Below are positions 26,071-39,181 of a DNA stretch of 64,000 nucleotides, in pieces (the stretch's first letter is position 1; each line of letters begins with the position of its first letter). Source of the DNA: Octopus sinensis (lineage: Eukaryota). Under the pieces are notes generated by a model. That model saw nothing but the letters and a program-made list of their open reading frames with translations. It had not been told where the DNA came from and ran no database searches. Where the stretch lies: contig NC_043023.1 in the NCBI RefSeq assembly GCF_006345805.1, positions 15,252,001 through 15,316,000 on the forward strand, read 5' to 3'. The translations under genes were made by a program, and so were the position numbers.

Positions 26071-27021
26071 CACAGTAGTATCTGCAGTAAATTATTCCGT
26101 TTAAGAAACTATTTAATTAATTACAAGTCTGCTCATACTGGAGAGAAACTATGTGACTGTGATGTCTGCAGCAAATCATTCTTTCCGGAATATGCTGTAT
26201 ATACTTATAAACGTATTCATACAGGAGAGAAACTCTATTGCTGTGATACCTGAGGTAAATCATTCTCTGTGGAACAATATTGAACTCATCACAAATACAT
26301 TCATACAGGAGAGAAATCATATCACTGTGACATCTGGGACAAGTCATTCTTTCATAGAGAGAAATAATAAACTAAAACACAAACATATTCATACAGGAGA
26401 AGATTCTTATGACTGTGTAATCTGTGCTAAATCATTCTTTCAATAATCTACCTTAACTAAACATATACTTATTCATATTGATCAATAACAATATCAATGA
26501 TAAAACAGATGTCCTGCTGAATAAAATACAGCAAATGTATTACCTTTTACAAAATAAATTCATTTTTCACATTTTCCTCATTTGCATCAACTCACTAATT
26601 ACGATTTGTGTTTTTTATTCAAACAATATTGATTATATTAATTTGCTCTGTTTTCTTGTGGATATATTATTTTGACACAAATGTATTACACTCCAGTTCC
26701 CAGCCGTTATCAGTTATCCTCTGCTGGACACACTCAGGGATCCCAGGATCTGCACCCTTTGTGCTACTGCCCACATATTCTGGCACTAGCTGGAGGCTTA
26801 TTGCTGTTTGTTACAGTTTTGGGTGTAGAGTGGGAAATATTTTTCAAAAGCCTAATGCCCCACTCTACCTATGGTTCAAGCACATCCCCGCTCAACCCAT
26901 GCAAGGGATTATCATCATACTTATTTTTTGCTAAATCATTCTGTAGAGCAGGTTTTCATGGTCTTGTTCTTACCAGACACCAAGCAGGGATTTATGATGG
27001 GCATCTGGTTAGAATGGCACC

Positions 27022-28032
27022 TGTTGTGATGAGAGTTACCATGTCCCCTTGTGAGAGATAGATTGGTCCGAGTAAAGTATAAATAGTAACGATCTGAGTG
27101 GGTTTGCGGTTCAGAGTCAAGTGAAGTCGGAAGGTGTCGCTTGGTTTACTTCCTAAGGAATATTGAATGCTGGTTCGTAAAAGATTTGTTAGTTCATTAG
27201 ATTGTTGTTACAATTTTCTGGTTATCTTATTTATTGTACGGAACAATTATGTTACAACATCTGGCGATGAGGGTTTCGAAGCTCTTGCAGGTCAGTTAAC
27301 AAAGTTTTGTGATACAAAATTGTTAAATCATGGAAGACTAATTAGCTTCTATAAAACTGTTGCAAAATCAACGACAAAGGCAGCAACAACAACAATTATT
27401 GGGGCTTTATTCAAAGAAGTCCAAAAATGAGGGAAGTACATTTTTGCCAGACGACGTTTTGGACTCTATGATTTCAGTTATAACCCAGAGGACGGTATAA
27501 CTGTTGCATTGTACTACAGCAGGTAATTTTTAAGGAAGATTGTAAGACATGGTAAGACACAGAAAGAGTAAGGTTGTTATGACATAAATGAGCCCCATCT
27601 GAGTATGAACATTATTTTAATTTCATATTACCCAAAAAAACTCAATGAAATTTGTTTTAAAGAAACAATAGAATTACTGTCTAACATATTCGGTGATAAA
27701 ACTTCTCTAACACTTGGATGGTGTGTTGGAATATAATGAAAAAAGAGGATGGTGATTTTATCACATACGCAGGAACAATTAACAGAATGTGTGAATATTT
27801 TGAAACTCAAAGAATTTACACCTGAGATGTTCAGGTGTCTTATTTTGGTACAAGGCCTTACAACACTCAAGATACAGAAATTCACACTGCAGAACTAAAT
27901 TCTGAAGATCAACCATTAAAGATCCTAGAGGGCTCTCAACAGAAACAAAATTCGTACATGTAAAAATGATTGGAATACATATTAAACTTCAGTTAGACAT
28001 TGGAAGTGATATTTCAATAATAAATATGGATA
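27022..28032 (+). mobile_element. Gypsy LTR retrotransposon relic: LTR 27022-27259, PBS, decayed gag, protease N-half
   Basis: TGTTG..CAACA termini and TATAAAT. TGGCGATGAGG at 27262 resembles a tRNA-Ser(GCU) PBS. Gag remnant FILPKKLNEICFKETIELL..FRCLILVQGL; protease KLQLDIGSDISIINMD. Confidence 0.8.
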
Positions 28033-28429
28033 CAGTCAACACTCCCTACTATGCCAGTTTTGCAGATGCCCAGAGAGCATGGAGCACTATCCGAAAGTTT
28101 ATGCTGCAGAAGAGCAGCGGAGAACCCAGGGTCATGCAGGCGTATGATAGGCTAGACAATGAAATGAATGAAAACCGCCGAAAGTAGATGCGTCAGCCGA
28201 CAATTTTTGAGAGCTTCAGGATTAACTAAAAGCAATTTGAACTTAATAAACATGGATGTCTTCTTTTTACCATTGCATTGAACTTCTTATTGGCCTTACT
28301 TCCTACCCTATGAATTTTTATTCGTATGTTCAGTAAATTTTTGGTTATGTAGTGTTTAGATAACAGACCCTCGGTACTATGCCACTCTGGCTCAGTCCCA
28401 CAGGGTGGCAAAGTAGCGAGAGTTGACTG
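28033..28429. mobile_element. 397-bp Tc1/pogo-like MITE with 23-bp TIR and TA TSD, inside the Gypsy protease
   Basis: CAGTCAACACTCCCTACTATGCC versus CAGTCAACTCTCGCTACTTTGCC (20/23); absent at the paralogous site near 46180. Confidence 0.85.
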
Positions 28430-28459
28430 TATATGGAAGAAAATAGGGAAACCTATCTC

Positions 28460-29245
28460 TTCTACATGTTTTAGTTATTTGACAGTGGCCATGGTGGAGC
28501 ACCGTCTTTAGTCGAGCAAACAGACCCCAGGACTTATTCTTTGTAAGCCCAGTACTTATTCTATCAGTCACTTTTGCCGAACCGCTAAGTTACAGGGACG
28601 TAAACGCACCAGCTTCAATTGTCAAGCGATGTTGGGGGGAGAAACATAGACATACAAACTTACACACACACACATATATATATATATACATATATATGAT
28701 GGGCTTCTTTCAGTTTTTGTCTACCAAATCCACTTACTAGGTTTCCGTTGGCCCGAGGCTATAGTAGAAGACACTTGCCCAAGGTGCCACGTAGTGGGAC
28801 TGAACCCGGAACCTTATGGTTCAGAAGCAAGAAACTTACCACACAGCCACTCCTATGCCTATACTCTTTTACATGTTTCAGTCATTTGACTGCAGCCATG
28901 CTGGAGCACCACCTTTAATCGAGCAAATCGACCCCAGGACTTATTCTTTTGTAAGCCCAGTACTTATGATATCGGTCTCTTTTGCCGAACCACTAAGTGA
29001 CGGGGACATAAACACACCAGCATCGGTTGTCAAGCAATGCTAGGGGGACAAACAGAAACACGCATATATATATATATATATACGACGGGCTTCTTTAAGT
29101 TTCCGTCTATCAAACCCACTCACAAGGCTTTGGTCAGCCCGAGGCTATAGTAAAAGACATTTGACCAATGTGCCACATAGTGGGACTGAACATGGAATCT
29201 TATGGTTCATAAGCAAGCTACTTACCACACAGCCACTCTTACGCC
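28460..29245 (-). mobile_element. Two tandem CORE-type SINEs
   Basis: Duplicate of 270-1045. Confidence 0.8.
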
Positions 29246-30979
29246 TATGTTGAGAAAAACAGCAAAATTTCTTTGTAGCATGACGGGTGACAAATTAAAT
29301 TTCATAGGCGAAATGTGGGGATATGTCACATTTCAAGTGAAAGCATGCAATGTCTTCATCGTTAAAAATGTTGATTATCTGTTTGGTACCAATTTTTTTT
29401 TTTTACTTGTTCAGCTCAGAGCTGCGGCCATGCTGATGCACCGCCGTTTTCTACTACAACGTTATTACGAAGAACTTCCTCTAATATGTGGCACTTGGTG
29501 AAGAATGGAGTTTGATATAGCTACTCTCATTTGCACCTCTTGCCGTGAGGTGGGTTCATCTGGGACTCTCGACAGGAAGATGTCCAGCTTTGATTTAAAA
29601 ATCACTACATCTACTTTGTGCAAGTTCCTCAGACTCTTTGGGAGAATATTAAAAAGCTGTGGGCCCTTGAAACCATGCAATGTTGTCCTGTTCTAAAATT
29701 GCTGTAGTTTACAATGCAATTGGTTAGAATTATTCAATATGGAACTTCCCTATAAATATCTATTGTAAAAATGTAAATGGTTCATCATCATCATTTAACA
29801 TCCACTTTCCATACTGTCATGGGTTGGACGATTTTGACAGAGGGCTGGCGAGACAGATGACTGCACCAGGCTCCAATTATGATCTGGCAGAGTTTCTACA
29901 GCTGGATGCCCTTCCTAACGCCAACCACTCCGAGGGTAACAATCTATCATAATTATATATATATCATTATACATCATCATCATCGTTAAACATCTACTTT
30001 CCATGCTGGCATGGGTTGGATGGTTTGACTGAAGATTAGCAAGCCAGGAGGCCGCAATGAGACTGCAGTCTGTCCTGGCCTGGTTTCTATAACTGAATGC
30101 CCTTCCTAATGCCAACCACTCTGAGAGTGTAGCGGGGCCGTCTAAGGATTTGGAGCTGGAGATCACCGTTTCCAATGACTTCGAGGCCAACCTCTCAGTG
30201 GTGTCGGGCATCAACGAAGAGCTCTCGACTACAAGATGACCAAAGTTTTTTTTTTCCCAAGGTCTGGGGTCTCCTGCCCCTGAGCCCTAGACCATCACCT
30301 AATCACCCTTACCTGTCTTGTTGCTTAACAACAAGAGTGTCGTGGGTGCTTTTCATGTGTGACTGGCACGGAAGGTGGGGGGCAGCCAGATGGTACTGGC
30401 ATCAATAAGGCTCAAATGGTAGTTCTTTTGTGCCAACTCTTTGTCTTACATTCACAGCATCATCATCGTTTAGTGTCCGTTTTCCATGCTAGCATGGGTT
30501 GGGTGGTTCAACTGGGGTTTGGGAAGCCAGAAGGCTGCATCAGGCCCAGTCTGATCTGGCAGTGTTTCTACAGCTGGATGCCCTTCCTAACGCCAACCAC
30601 TCCGTGAGTGTAGTGTGTGATTTTTATGTGCCACCGGCACAGTTGCCAGATGGGGCTGGCAAACGTCCACGATCGGATGGTCCTTTTTACGTGCCACTGG
30701 CAAACGGCCATCTAAACATTTAATACCTTGTGTTTTGTAAATCAAATAATATCAACAAATTATAAAACAAACACATAACAAGAACTTTTGCAGAACAGAC
30801 GTTATTTTAATGAAATATATCTTGTAATCACCTGAAAAGACACATCTACACTGTTGGATACTCATAAAGCAACTCTTCAATATTCCACTCATAAAGGATC
30901 AAAGCAAGATGTGTTGAAACAATTGCAGTGATCAATAAATATTCTTGTATCTTCCGTTAATTATATCATTATCATCATC

Positions 30980-31215
30980 CATTTCTTTGCTGCCCACAAG
31001 GGGCTAAACAAGGACAGAAAAAGGGATTAAGTCGATTACATCGACCCCAGTGCTAAACAGAGGGAACAAACATGGACAGGCAAAGGGAAACTGGTACTTT
31101 ATTTATCGACCCCGAAATGATGAAAGGCAAATCGACCTTGGCGGAATTTGAACTCAGAACATAATGACAGACGAAATACCGCAAAGCATTTCGCCCGGCC
31201 TGCTAACGTTTCTGC
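30980..31215 (-). mobile_element. tRNA-SINE of the CCCCTTGTGGG-tail family
   Basis: Head GCAGAAACGTTAGCA..GAGTTCAAATTCC and tail GCCCCTTGTGGGCAGCAAAGAAAT. Confidence 0.75.
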
Positions 31216-31439
31216 ATCATCATCATCGTTTAATGTCTGCTTTCCTTGATGGCATGGGTTGGACGGTTTGACCGGGGTCTGGGAGGCTGCACCAGGCTCC
31301 AGTCTGATCTGGCAGTGTTTCTACAGCTGGATGCCCTTTTCTCCATGCCGAGCACGGCCATCTCCCTGACAGGATCTGTCTTTGGTCTTTGTTAAATTTA
31401 CTGTATGGTTTTTCAATCCAGATCTTGCTTCCAAACCTG

Positions 31440-32165
31440 AGGCAAAAGCAGAAGTACTTGGTCAAAGATATATCTTTGTATTTGGATTTTGTTGACATGG
31501 AGAAAGCTTTTGACAGAGTCCCCTACTCCATTATTTGGTGAGCAATAGAGAAGCTAAGTTAAGTTAATTTTTTGGTGCAAAAAGCAAAGCCATGTAGGGG
31601 GACATGGAGTTATGTACAGGGAGGGTGGTCATACAAAGAGTTCAGGCTATTTCTGGTCAAGAGAGACTTTGAACCGAGCGGTCGTCGGCAGCTTATTCTA
31701 CGGATCCGCAATCCGGACTGAGAAAGCCCCTCTCCTTCGATTGAGATGAAATTGTCACAGATAGAGCTTTTTGGAGTGACCCCGCAGCCGACACTCTGGA
31801 GCAGGTGAGACATGCAAAAGCCATGTATAGGGATGCTGTCAGTAAGGTAAATGTCACCAATGAGTATAGCATGAATTTTAGTGTAAAAATAGGAGTCCAC
31901 CAAGGATCGTTTTTCACCCCACTCTTGTTTATCATAGTCCTGCAAGCAATAACAGAGGAATTTAAGATTGGCTGCCCTTTGGATCTCTTCCAAGCTGATG
32001 ACCTTCTTATTGCTGAATCCCTACCAAAATTAGAGAACAAATTTCAGGTTTGGAAGCAACATCTGGATTGAAAAACCATACAGTAAATTTAGCAAAGACC
32101 AAAGACAGATCTTGTCAGAGAGATGGCCCTGCTCGGCATATAGAAAAGATGTCAGGAGAAACTCC
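31440..32165 (+). mobile_element. RTE-clade LINE RT fragment
   Basis: FVDMEKAFDRVP, FSVKIGVHQGSFFTPLLF and ADDL motifs. Confidence 0.8.
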
Positions 32166-33257
32166 ATGTAGTGTACCCAGTACAAGATATGGACACATAT
32201 TGTTCATTAGATTATAGGCTGCAGATCGTGGGATAGCCTAAGCATGTCCAGCAGAGAACAACTGATCATCGTTGGGAACTGGAATGTGATACAATGGTGT
32301 CGGAATAATATATCCACAAGAAAACAGCAAATTAATGTAATTAAAATTGTTTGATTGAAAGCCACACACATCATAATTAATGAGTTGATGTAAATGAAGA
32401 AAATGTAAAAACTTTATTTGTCTCAAAAAAAGTAATACAATTGCTGTATTTCATCCCCCATTTTATCACTGGTATTGTTATTGATCAATATGAATAAATA
32501 CAGGTTTAATTAAATTACATTAAGAGAATGATTTTGCACAGATAACACAGCAAGATGTCTTCTCTCCTGTATGAATGCATTTAAAATTAGTTAAACAACA
32601 TAATCCTAAGAGAATGATTTACTACAGATATCAAAACCAAAAATCAAAATCATAATCGATCAACATCAATGGAATTTGTAGCCGTGATACCAAGGCCGGT
32701 GGCACATAAGTGAACCATCTGAACGTGGACGTTTGCCAGCCTCGTCTGGCACCTTTGCCGGTGGCATGTAAATAGCACCCACTAGACTCACGGAGTGGTT
32801 GGCGTTAGGAAGGGCACCCAGCTGTAGAAACACTGCTAGATCAGACTGGAGCCTGGTGCAGCCTTCTGGCTTCCCAGACCCCAGTTGAACCGTCCAACCC
32901 ATGCTAGCATGGAAAGCGGACGCTAAACGATGATGATGATGATCACAGTGATACAATATCTCCCCAATCTAACTGGATTTGTGATAAAAATATTTTCTTA
33001 CACAGAATGATTTACTGCAGATATTACAGTGCTATGCTTTCTCTCCTGTATGAATGAATTTGAGATTAGCTAAATATTGTTCCACAGACAATGATTTACC
33101 ACACCTCTTACAGTGAAAGGGCTTCTCTCTTGTATGAATACATTTATGAGTATATATAGCACATTCCCAAGAGAATGATTTACCACAGATATCACAGTGA
33201 CATGGATTGTCTCCTTTATGAATAGACTTAGAAAGATTTACTGCAGATATCACAGTG

Positions 33258-34727
33258 CTATGATTTCTCTCCTGTATGAATGCATTTGTATTTAGTAAGG
33301 TTACTTTTTCCAGAGAATGATTTACCACAAATATCACACTGATATGGCCTCTCATCAGTGTGAGTACGTTCATGAGCAGTTAAATAACTTAATACAAAGG
33401 ATTTACCACAGATATTGCAGTGATATGGTTTCTTTCCTGTATGAATAGATTTGTGAGAATCAAGGTTACCTTTTTGAGAGAATGATTTACCACAAATATC
33501 ACACTGATATGGTTTCTCTCCTGTATGAATGTATTTGTGTCTATTAAAATTACTTTTATGAGAGAATGATTTATCACAGATATCACAGTGATATCGTTTC
33601 TCTCCTGTATGAATGTATTTGTGTCTATTAAGGGTACTTTTTCCAGAGAATGATTTACCACAGATATCACATTGAAATTGCCTTTCATTAGTGTGAGTAA
33701 GTTCATGAGCAGTTAAATTACTTCTCACTACGAAGGATTTATCACAGATATTGCAGTGATATGGTTTCTCTCCTGTATGAATTGATTTGTGATAAGTAAG
33801 GCTATTCTCATAAGGGAATGATTTACCACAAATATCACAGTGATGTGGCTTCTCAACTGTATGTGTAAGTTTGTGAGTAGTTAAATGACTTTTTAATGAG
33901 AAGGATTTATCACAGATATCACAGTGATATGGTTTCTCTCTTGTATGAATGAATTTGTGAGAATCAAGGTTACATTTGTGAGTGAATGATTTACCACAAA
34001 TATCACAATGAAATGGCTTCTCATGAGCATGAATAAGTTTGTGTTTAATTAAAGAACTTCTTATTGAAAAGGATTTATTACATATATCACAGTGATGTGG
34101 TTTCTCTCCTGTGTGAATGTATTTGTGAGAATCAAGGTGACTTCTTTGAGAGAATGATTTACCACAGATGTCACAGTGATACGGTTTCTCTCCTGTATGA
34201 ATGGATTTGTGAGAATCAAGGTGACTTTTTCGAGAGAATGATTTACCACAAATTTCGCAGTGATACGGCTTTTCATGAGTATGTGAACGTTTGTGTTTAG
34301 CTAAATCACTCCTTAGTGAAAAGGATTTATCACAGATATCGCATTGATATGGTTTCTCTCCTGTATGAACGTATTTGTGAGAATTAAGGGGGCTTTTTTG
34401 GGAGAATGATTTACCACAGATGTCACAGTGATATGGTTTCTCTCCTGTATGAATGTATTTGTGACAAGTAAGGCTACTCCTATGAGAGAATGATTTACCA
34501 CAAATACCACACTGATATGGTTTCTCTCCTGTATGAATGTATTTGTGATGAGTAAGATGATCTTTCTTAGAGAATGATCTGCCACAGATATCACAGCGAT
34601 ATTGCTTTCCACTTGGATCAATACACTTGTGAACAGTGAGATTTGCTGTATTAGAAAAAGTCTTTTTACAGATATCACATTGGTATGATAATTTTTCTCT
34701 TTCTCTTGTCATCTCCGGCGGATTCAT
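33258..34727 (-). CDS. C2H2 zinc-finger protein F, 489 aa, 17 finger units (first and last degenerate)
   Basis: ATG at 34727 (MNPPEM). Closest paralog of A; predicted intron 35090-36490. Confidence 0.9.
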   Translation of the reverse strand: MNPPEMTREREKLSYQCDICKKTFSNTANLTVHKCIDPSGKQYRCDICGRSFSKKDHLTHHKYIHTGEKPYQCGICGKSFSHRSSLTCHKYIHTGEKPYHCDICGKSFSQKSPLNSHKYVHTGEKPYQCDICDKSFSLRSDLAKHKRSHTHEKPYHCEICGKSFSRKSHLDSHKSIHTGEKPYHCDICGKSFSQRSHLDSHKYIHTGEKPHHCDICNKSFSIRSSLIKHKLIHAHEKPFHCDICGKSFTHKCNLDSHKFIHTREKPYHCDICDKSFSLKSHLTTHKLTHTVEKPHHCDICGKSFPYENSLTYHKSIHTGEKPYHCNICDKSFVVRSNLTAHELTHTNERQFQCDICGKSFSGKSTLNRHKYIHTGEKRYHCDICDKSFSHKSNFNRHKYIHTGEKPYQCDICGKSFSQKGNLDSHKSIHTGKKPYHCNICGKSFVLSYLTAHERTHTDERPYQCDICGKSFSGKSNLTKYKCIHTGEKS

Positions 34728-35897
34728 TATGGTTCTACAGTATACGACCTCAAAATATATTTTTCTTTTCTTCTTTATAAATATCTTTGTTGATTCAAAT
34801 ACTTCTACTGCTATATATACAGCAAATCTGATCTTCTCGAATATCTGAAGATAATACAAAGACCTTCACAGATTTTTCCAAATTCAAACAGAATGTAAAA
34901 TACTGGCAATGAAGAAAACAAACGTTCGTATTAATTCCAAAGAAATATTTCACAGTTATTCACCTTAGATTTGTAATAGAAACAGGGTTATATATATTAT
35001 TTATAATATCTTCCATTAGTCTTCAAATGATGATTAATATTCATGATGTATCTGATGTAAAAACTCCTTTATACCACTAACATCTCATTCTGAAATGACA
35101 CAGAAACAGTAGAAGATATAGGAAAGACTCGAAAAGCAGAGATTCAACTATAAAAAATATTACTACATTTTCATAATAATAAACTGTTTATATAAACCTT
35201 AACCCGAATAATTAGTCTCTATACACAGACTTCCGTTCCTTTGCCTTCAGATATTACGTAAAATGTTAAACTACAAAATATTGGACAATAACTTCCTACT
35301 ATCTTCAGAAATGTGATAAGTCACTGTTGTTTAGCCCGGAATCATCCCTGGCTGAACAGGTCTATTAATGAAATTAGGTTGTGTTCACGACTTTTAAAAT
35401 AATAATAATGAAATTACTGTATACAGTGCTCAGGTGCACCACAACTTGTCAAAAGTGCGTATAAAGTATATGCAGTAATGTACAAATGTCTGGAAAGCGA
35501 ACAGCGTATGAGTCAGATACATGTTTGCGTGTGTATGGAGGGGAGAAAATCAGGTGTAGTGTTGGCGAATCTGAGGAAGAAGCCCGTCGTATATATGTGT
35601 ATATGTATGTTTATGTGTCTGTGTTTACGTCCCCATAACCTAGTGGTTCGACAAAACAGACCGAATAGAATAAGTCCTGGGGTCGATTTGCTCGACTAAA
35701 AGGTGGTGCTCTAGCATGGCCACAGTCAAATGACTGAAACAAGTAAAAGAGAGAAAAGAGATAACTATTAAAGCCAATCATTTTGACAAAATAAACAGCA
35801 AATAGTGATACGTAGCAAGTTATACCTCTATAATAAAGCGATAGACAGCTTCGAACGGACACAAGTAACAAATGGAATATCTACTGTAATAAAAGAA

Positions 35898-36278
35898 GGC
35901 GATCTTAGGGTATAAGTACCGGTGTACTTCCGGAAGTACCAGATACAATTCAAAAAAGTGTTATTTTTATATATGGGGAGTTAGGGTGAGGGTTAAAGTT
36001 AGGGTTTCTGTGAGGGCTAGGGTTTGTGTTAGGGTTAGGGTATGTGGCGATCCTTCGGTATATGTACACACGTGACTTTGTTTACATCTCTGAAGATATG
36101 AGTTCCAGCGGTGATGCCCCACCATGGCCGCGGCCTTCGGGCTTAACATTTTTAAGGATTTTAATGATTTATAACAGAAACCCTTTTCTCCCACCCCTAA
36201 CAGAAACCCTAACCCTCCATGTATAAAGAAAACCCCACTTTTCTTAAATGTATCCGGTACTTATACCGTAACATCGCC
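35898..36278. mobile_element. GG-ended MITE with TTAGGG-like internal repeats and an 8-bp TSD (Merlin-like)
   Basis: TIR GGCGAT(C/G)TTA(G/C)GGTATAAGTACCGG; flanks TAAAAGAA and TAAAAGAC. Confidence 0.75.
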
Positions 36279-37132
36279 TAAAAGACATCAAAAATTTGGT
36301 GCTTTTTCATCGACATACCAAGTAAAAATTAAGATTAGATTTTCTTGGCATTATCCAAGAAGTTTAACGGAGAATGGAATTAATATCGAAATCAGATTAG
36401 CAACATTCAAAACTTTCACAATTGTCTGGAGTTTCCAATTAACCAGGGTCATCGGCTTTTACCACAAACAAAACATGTATTGTATCTTACCTGTGATGAT
36501 AAATAAATTAGTGTTTAATATGAATTAACGTTAATTACAGAAAGGATTGATCTGGCGGGAAATATAATTTAAAGGCACTTTAGAAAAATCGACACGGAAC
36601 GTCAACGAAACGAACTGAAATCTGAATATTGTATCCGTCCTATTACTACGCATTTGTCGGATGCTAAAACTGAAGTTGTAAATTTTTAATGGTTTTTATT
36701 GCTATAATTACGTTTTCGAAATGTGAATTATAATGAAAAAACCCCGAATAATGGCAAAAAATACAAAAGTATATGCTGACTACTTATTTTCAGGTTTTTT
36801 GCTACTCTTACGATCTCCTCTTTAAACCTGTAGTGTCGTTCTTCGTTTATTTCTTTCTAAGGTTAAGGTGAGAAACCCGTGGGTTGTTTTCTAACCAATA
36901 CCCAAGAAATTATGTAAAGCTGACTCGCAAAGTCTTATTCAATATTATTTTCATTAAATCCAAATTCAAGAGAGTTTGCTTGATGAGAAGGACAAGTATG
37001 TATGTGTAGTGTGATGGATGAAGAGGACAACAGAAGGAGAAGCAACGGGAGGAAGAAATACAAAAGGCCTTACCTCGGCGAAGATCCGAGGTCTCTTACG
37101 AATTTGACACGTCCTGTCGCTTCCTCGTCTCT

Positions 37133-37478
37133 GATTTTTTTATTACCCACAAGGGGCGATGCAGAGGGGACATTACAAAACATTGGGGACATAGAACATT
37201 ATAATTAATAATATGAAAATAATATGATTTGCTCGTCTTCAGAGGTCGATGTCTCCGACAAGGTCTCAAATATCCATTCTTCCTCCGACTCCTCCACTAG
37301 GGAGTGGTCGTCCATCTCCCTCTGTCTGACAGACCGAAAACGGCCGCCCGAACAGAAACAGTGCAACGCGAAACCGCATCAACAAACGTACAAAATTCCA
37401 CAACAACAACAATTTTCCCACTCACCTTTTGTTCTTTTTTACCAAATTTCACGAGCGTATAAAAAAAACACAACCGAC
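37133..37478 (-). mobile_element. Internally deleted (346 bp) copy of the ORF1-only element
   Basis: Keeps the 5' end, the start of ORF1 and the 3' tail; the deletion junction is near 37226. Confidence 0.9.
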
Positions 37479-37502
37479 GTCAACGTGCGATTTCTCATCT
37501 CT

Positions 37503-39181
37503 GATTTTTTATTACCCACAAGGGGCGACGGAGAGGGGACATAGAACATTATAATTAATAATATGAAAAATGAATTTTAAATGAAAAAATGGTAATATGA
37601 AAGCGATGCTAACGGCCCCATCCGCCAGCATCACTTACCTGTCCTTCACAACCCTTCGTCGCCTATCATCTCCAATCAAAAGCCCCTCCTTTCCTAATAC
37701 TATCTCAAATATCTCTTCACACTCTTTTATCTTCTCATCCGAAAATTCCACCTCAATCGCTTCTACACCCTTTTTTTCCGACAAAATCTTCCTTGCGTCC
37801 ATTATTTCACCTTTCATCGCCATGTAACTTCCATCTTCTCCCTCATACCATGATTTTTCACCAAAGATACTTGTCGGCTTCACATTGTCTTCCTTTGTTA
37901 TAAAACATAAAGTATGGGGCTTGGGCTCTTGTATCATCTGTGTGTCTGCGTTTTTAGGTTTTCTTGTAGGTGGGGAATAGGTGGGCTCTTTGTTTGCAGG
38001 GGAAGGATGGGGCTCAGAGGGTGCGGGTGGTGTTGGGGTGGATTGGGATTCAATAAAGTTCACTTTCCTTCTTCCTTTTCTTTTTTTCCGTACGTCTTCC
38101 CACTCAGTTTGGATTTCCTTCTCCTCCTCAGGTTCTTCCGCTTCAACTTTTTCCGGCTCCGTTTCCTCCTCTTCCTGGATCACTGTTTCTTTTTGTGGGG
38201 GAGGGCAGTAGGCTCTTATGTGACCCCTCAGGCCACACTTATAGCACCTGGGCGCCCTGCCCTCCACCCACACTCTCATGATCACGTCTCCCAATCTGAT
38301 ATTTTCTGTTAGGTCCACCAGTACATCGTTCTCTGCCTGCACATTTAGTTCCACTGTCACGCCTCTCCAGCCCTCGGTCTTAACCGAGGCATGGAGGATG
38401 TCCACTTCATCCTCGTGGCCGCTAATTATAGCCGCCACAATCCACTCGGCTTCAACGTTTGGGGCTATTCCCTCGACCCTTACTCTTGTGATTTTTCTAT
38501 TTAAATACGTAGGCAAAAGTATTACCTTCTCGGATTTCACCGCCTTCGCCGCCATCTTCCTTGCTGCCTTCTCACTTTTGAACTGTACTACTACAGTACC
38601 ATGTTTTGAACCTCTCGACAGAAATTCGATTTCCTCTTCCGTTCTTCTTAGCGCCTCATTTATCCACTCCATATTCACCACTTCTATCTTTTTCGTTCCG
38701 CTTGCGAATACCCTGTATATGATGATCCTTTTCTCCAACCATTCTTTTCTCTTTGGTGGTGGCGTTAGTTCCACCTCACCGCTGTCCTTCCTCATATACC
38801 TCTGGAAACCTGGCAATTTTTCTAGGTTTATTTGCTTTTCCTGTGCCGTCTTCTTTTTTGCAACTCCTGCGTACGTTTTCCTGTGTTTTATCTCCACATT
38901 ATTTACATCACCGATTTGCTCGTCTTCAGAGGTCGATGCCTCCGACAAGTTCTCAAATATCCATTCTTCCTCCGGCTCCTCCACTAGGGAGTGGTCGTCC
39001 ATCTCCCTCCGTCTGACAGACCGAAAACGGCCGCCCGAACAGAAACAGTGCAAAGCGTAGAACCAGTGTAACGCGAAACCGCATCAACAAACGTACAAAA
39101 TTCCACAACAACAACAATTTTCCCACTCACTTTCTGTTCTTTTTTACCAAATTTCACGAGCGTAAAAAAAACACAACCGAC
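37503..39181 (-). mobile_element. ORF1-only (half-Tx1) non-LTR element, 1.68 kb
   Basis: One intact ORF1 and no ORF2; ends GCCCCTTGTGGGTAATAAAAAATC. The composite with 37133-37478 is flanked by a 22-bp TSD (37111-37132 and 39182-39203). Confidence 0.85.
37635..39002 (-). CDS. Tx1-type ORF1 (gag-like) protein, 455 aa, with a CCHC zinc knuckle
   Basis: CYKCGLRGHIRAYC knuckle; alignable along its length with the ORF1 at 58748-60171. Confidence 0.85.
   Translation of the reverse strand: MDDHSLVEEPEEEWIFENLSEASTSEDEQIGDVNNVEIKHRKTYAGVAKKKTAQEKQINLEKLPGFQRYMRKDSGEVELTPPPKRKEWLEKRIIIYRVFASGTKKIEVVNMEWINEALRRTEEEIEFLSRGSKHGTVVVQFKSEKAARKMAAKAVKSEKVILLPTYLNRKITRVRVEGIAPNVEAEWIVAAIISGHEDEVDILHASVKTEGWRGVTVELNVQAENDVLVDLTENIRLGDVIMRVWVEGRAPRCYKCGLRGHIRAYCPPPQKETVIQEEEETEPEKVEAEEPEEEKEIQTEWEDVRKKRKGRRKVNFIESQSTPTPPAPSEPHPSPANKEPTYSPPTRKPKNADTQMIQEPKPHTLCFITKEDNVKPTSIFGEKSWYEGEDGSYMAMKGEIMDARKILSEKKGVEAIEVEFSDEKIKECEEIFEIVLGKEGLLIGDDRRRRVVKDR

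Larger units (their letters stand above)
24140..28440. repeat. Segmental duplicate (gene E unit), direct copy of ~41705-46560
   Basis: Matching leader, ZNF, 3' module, LTR and gag/protease in both copies. Upstream homology also links 23270-23870 to 39330-39928. Confidence 0.9.

Noticed and set aside
35975-36215. TTAGGG/CCCTAA-like repeats as an interstitial telomere
   Set aside because: Short, degenerate and internal to a TIR/TSD-bounded MITE.
38278-39060. 260-aa plus-strand ORF
   Set aside because: Antisense shadow of the ORF1 gene, with no recognisable motifs.
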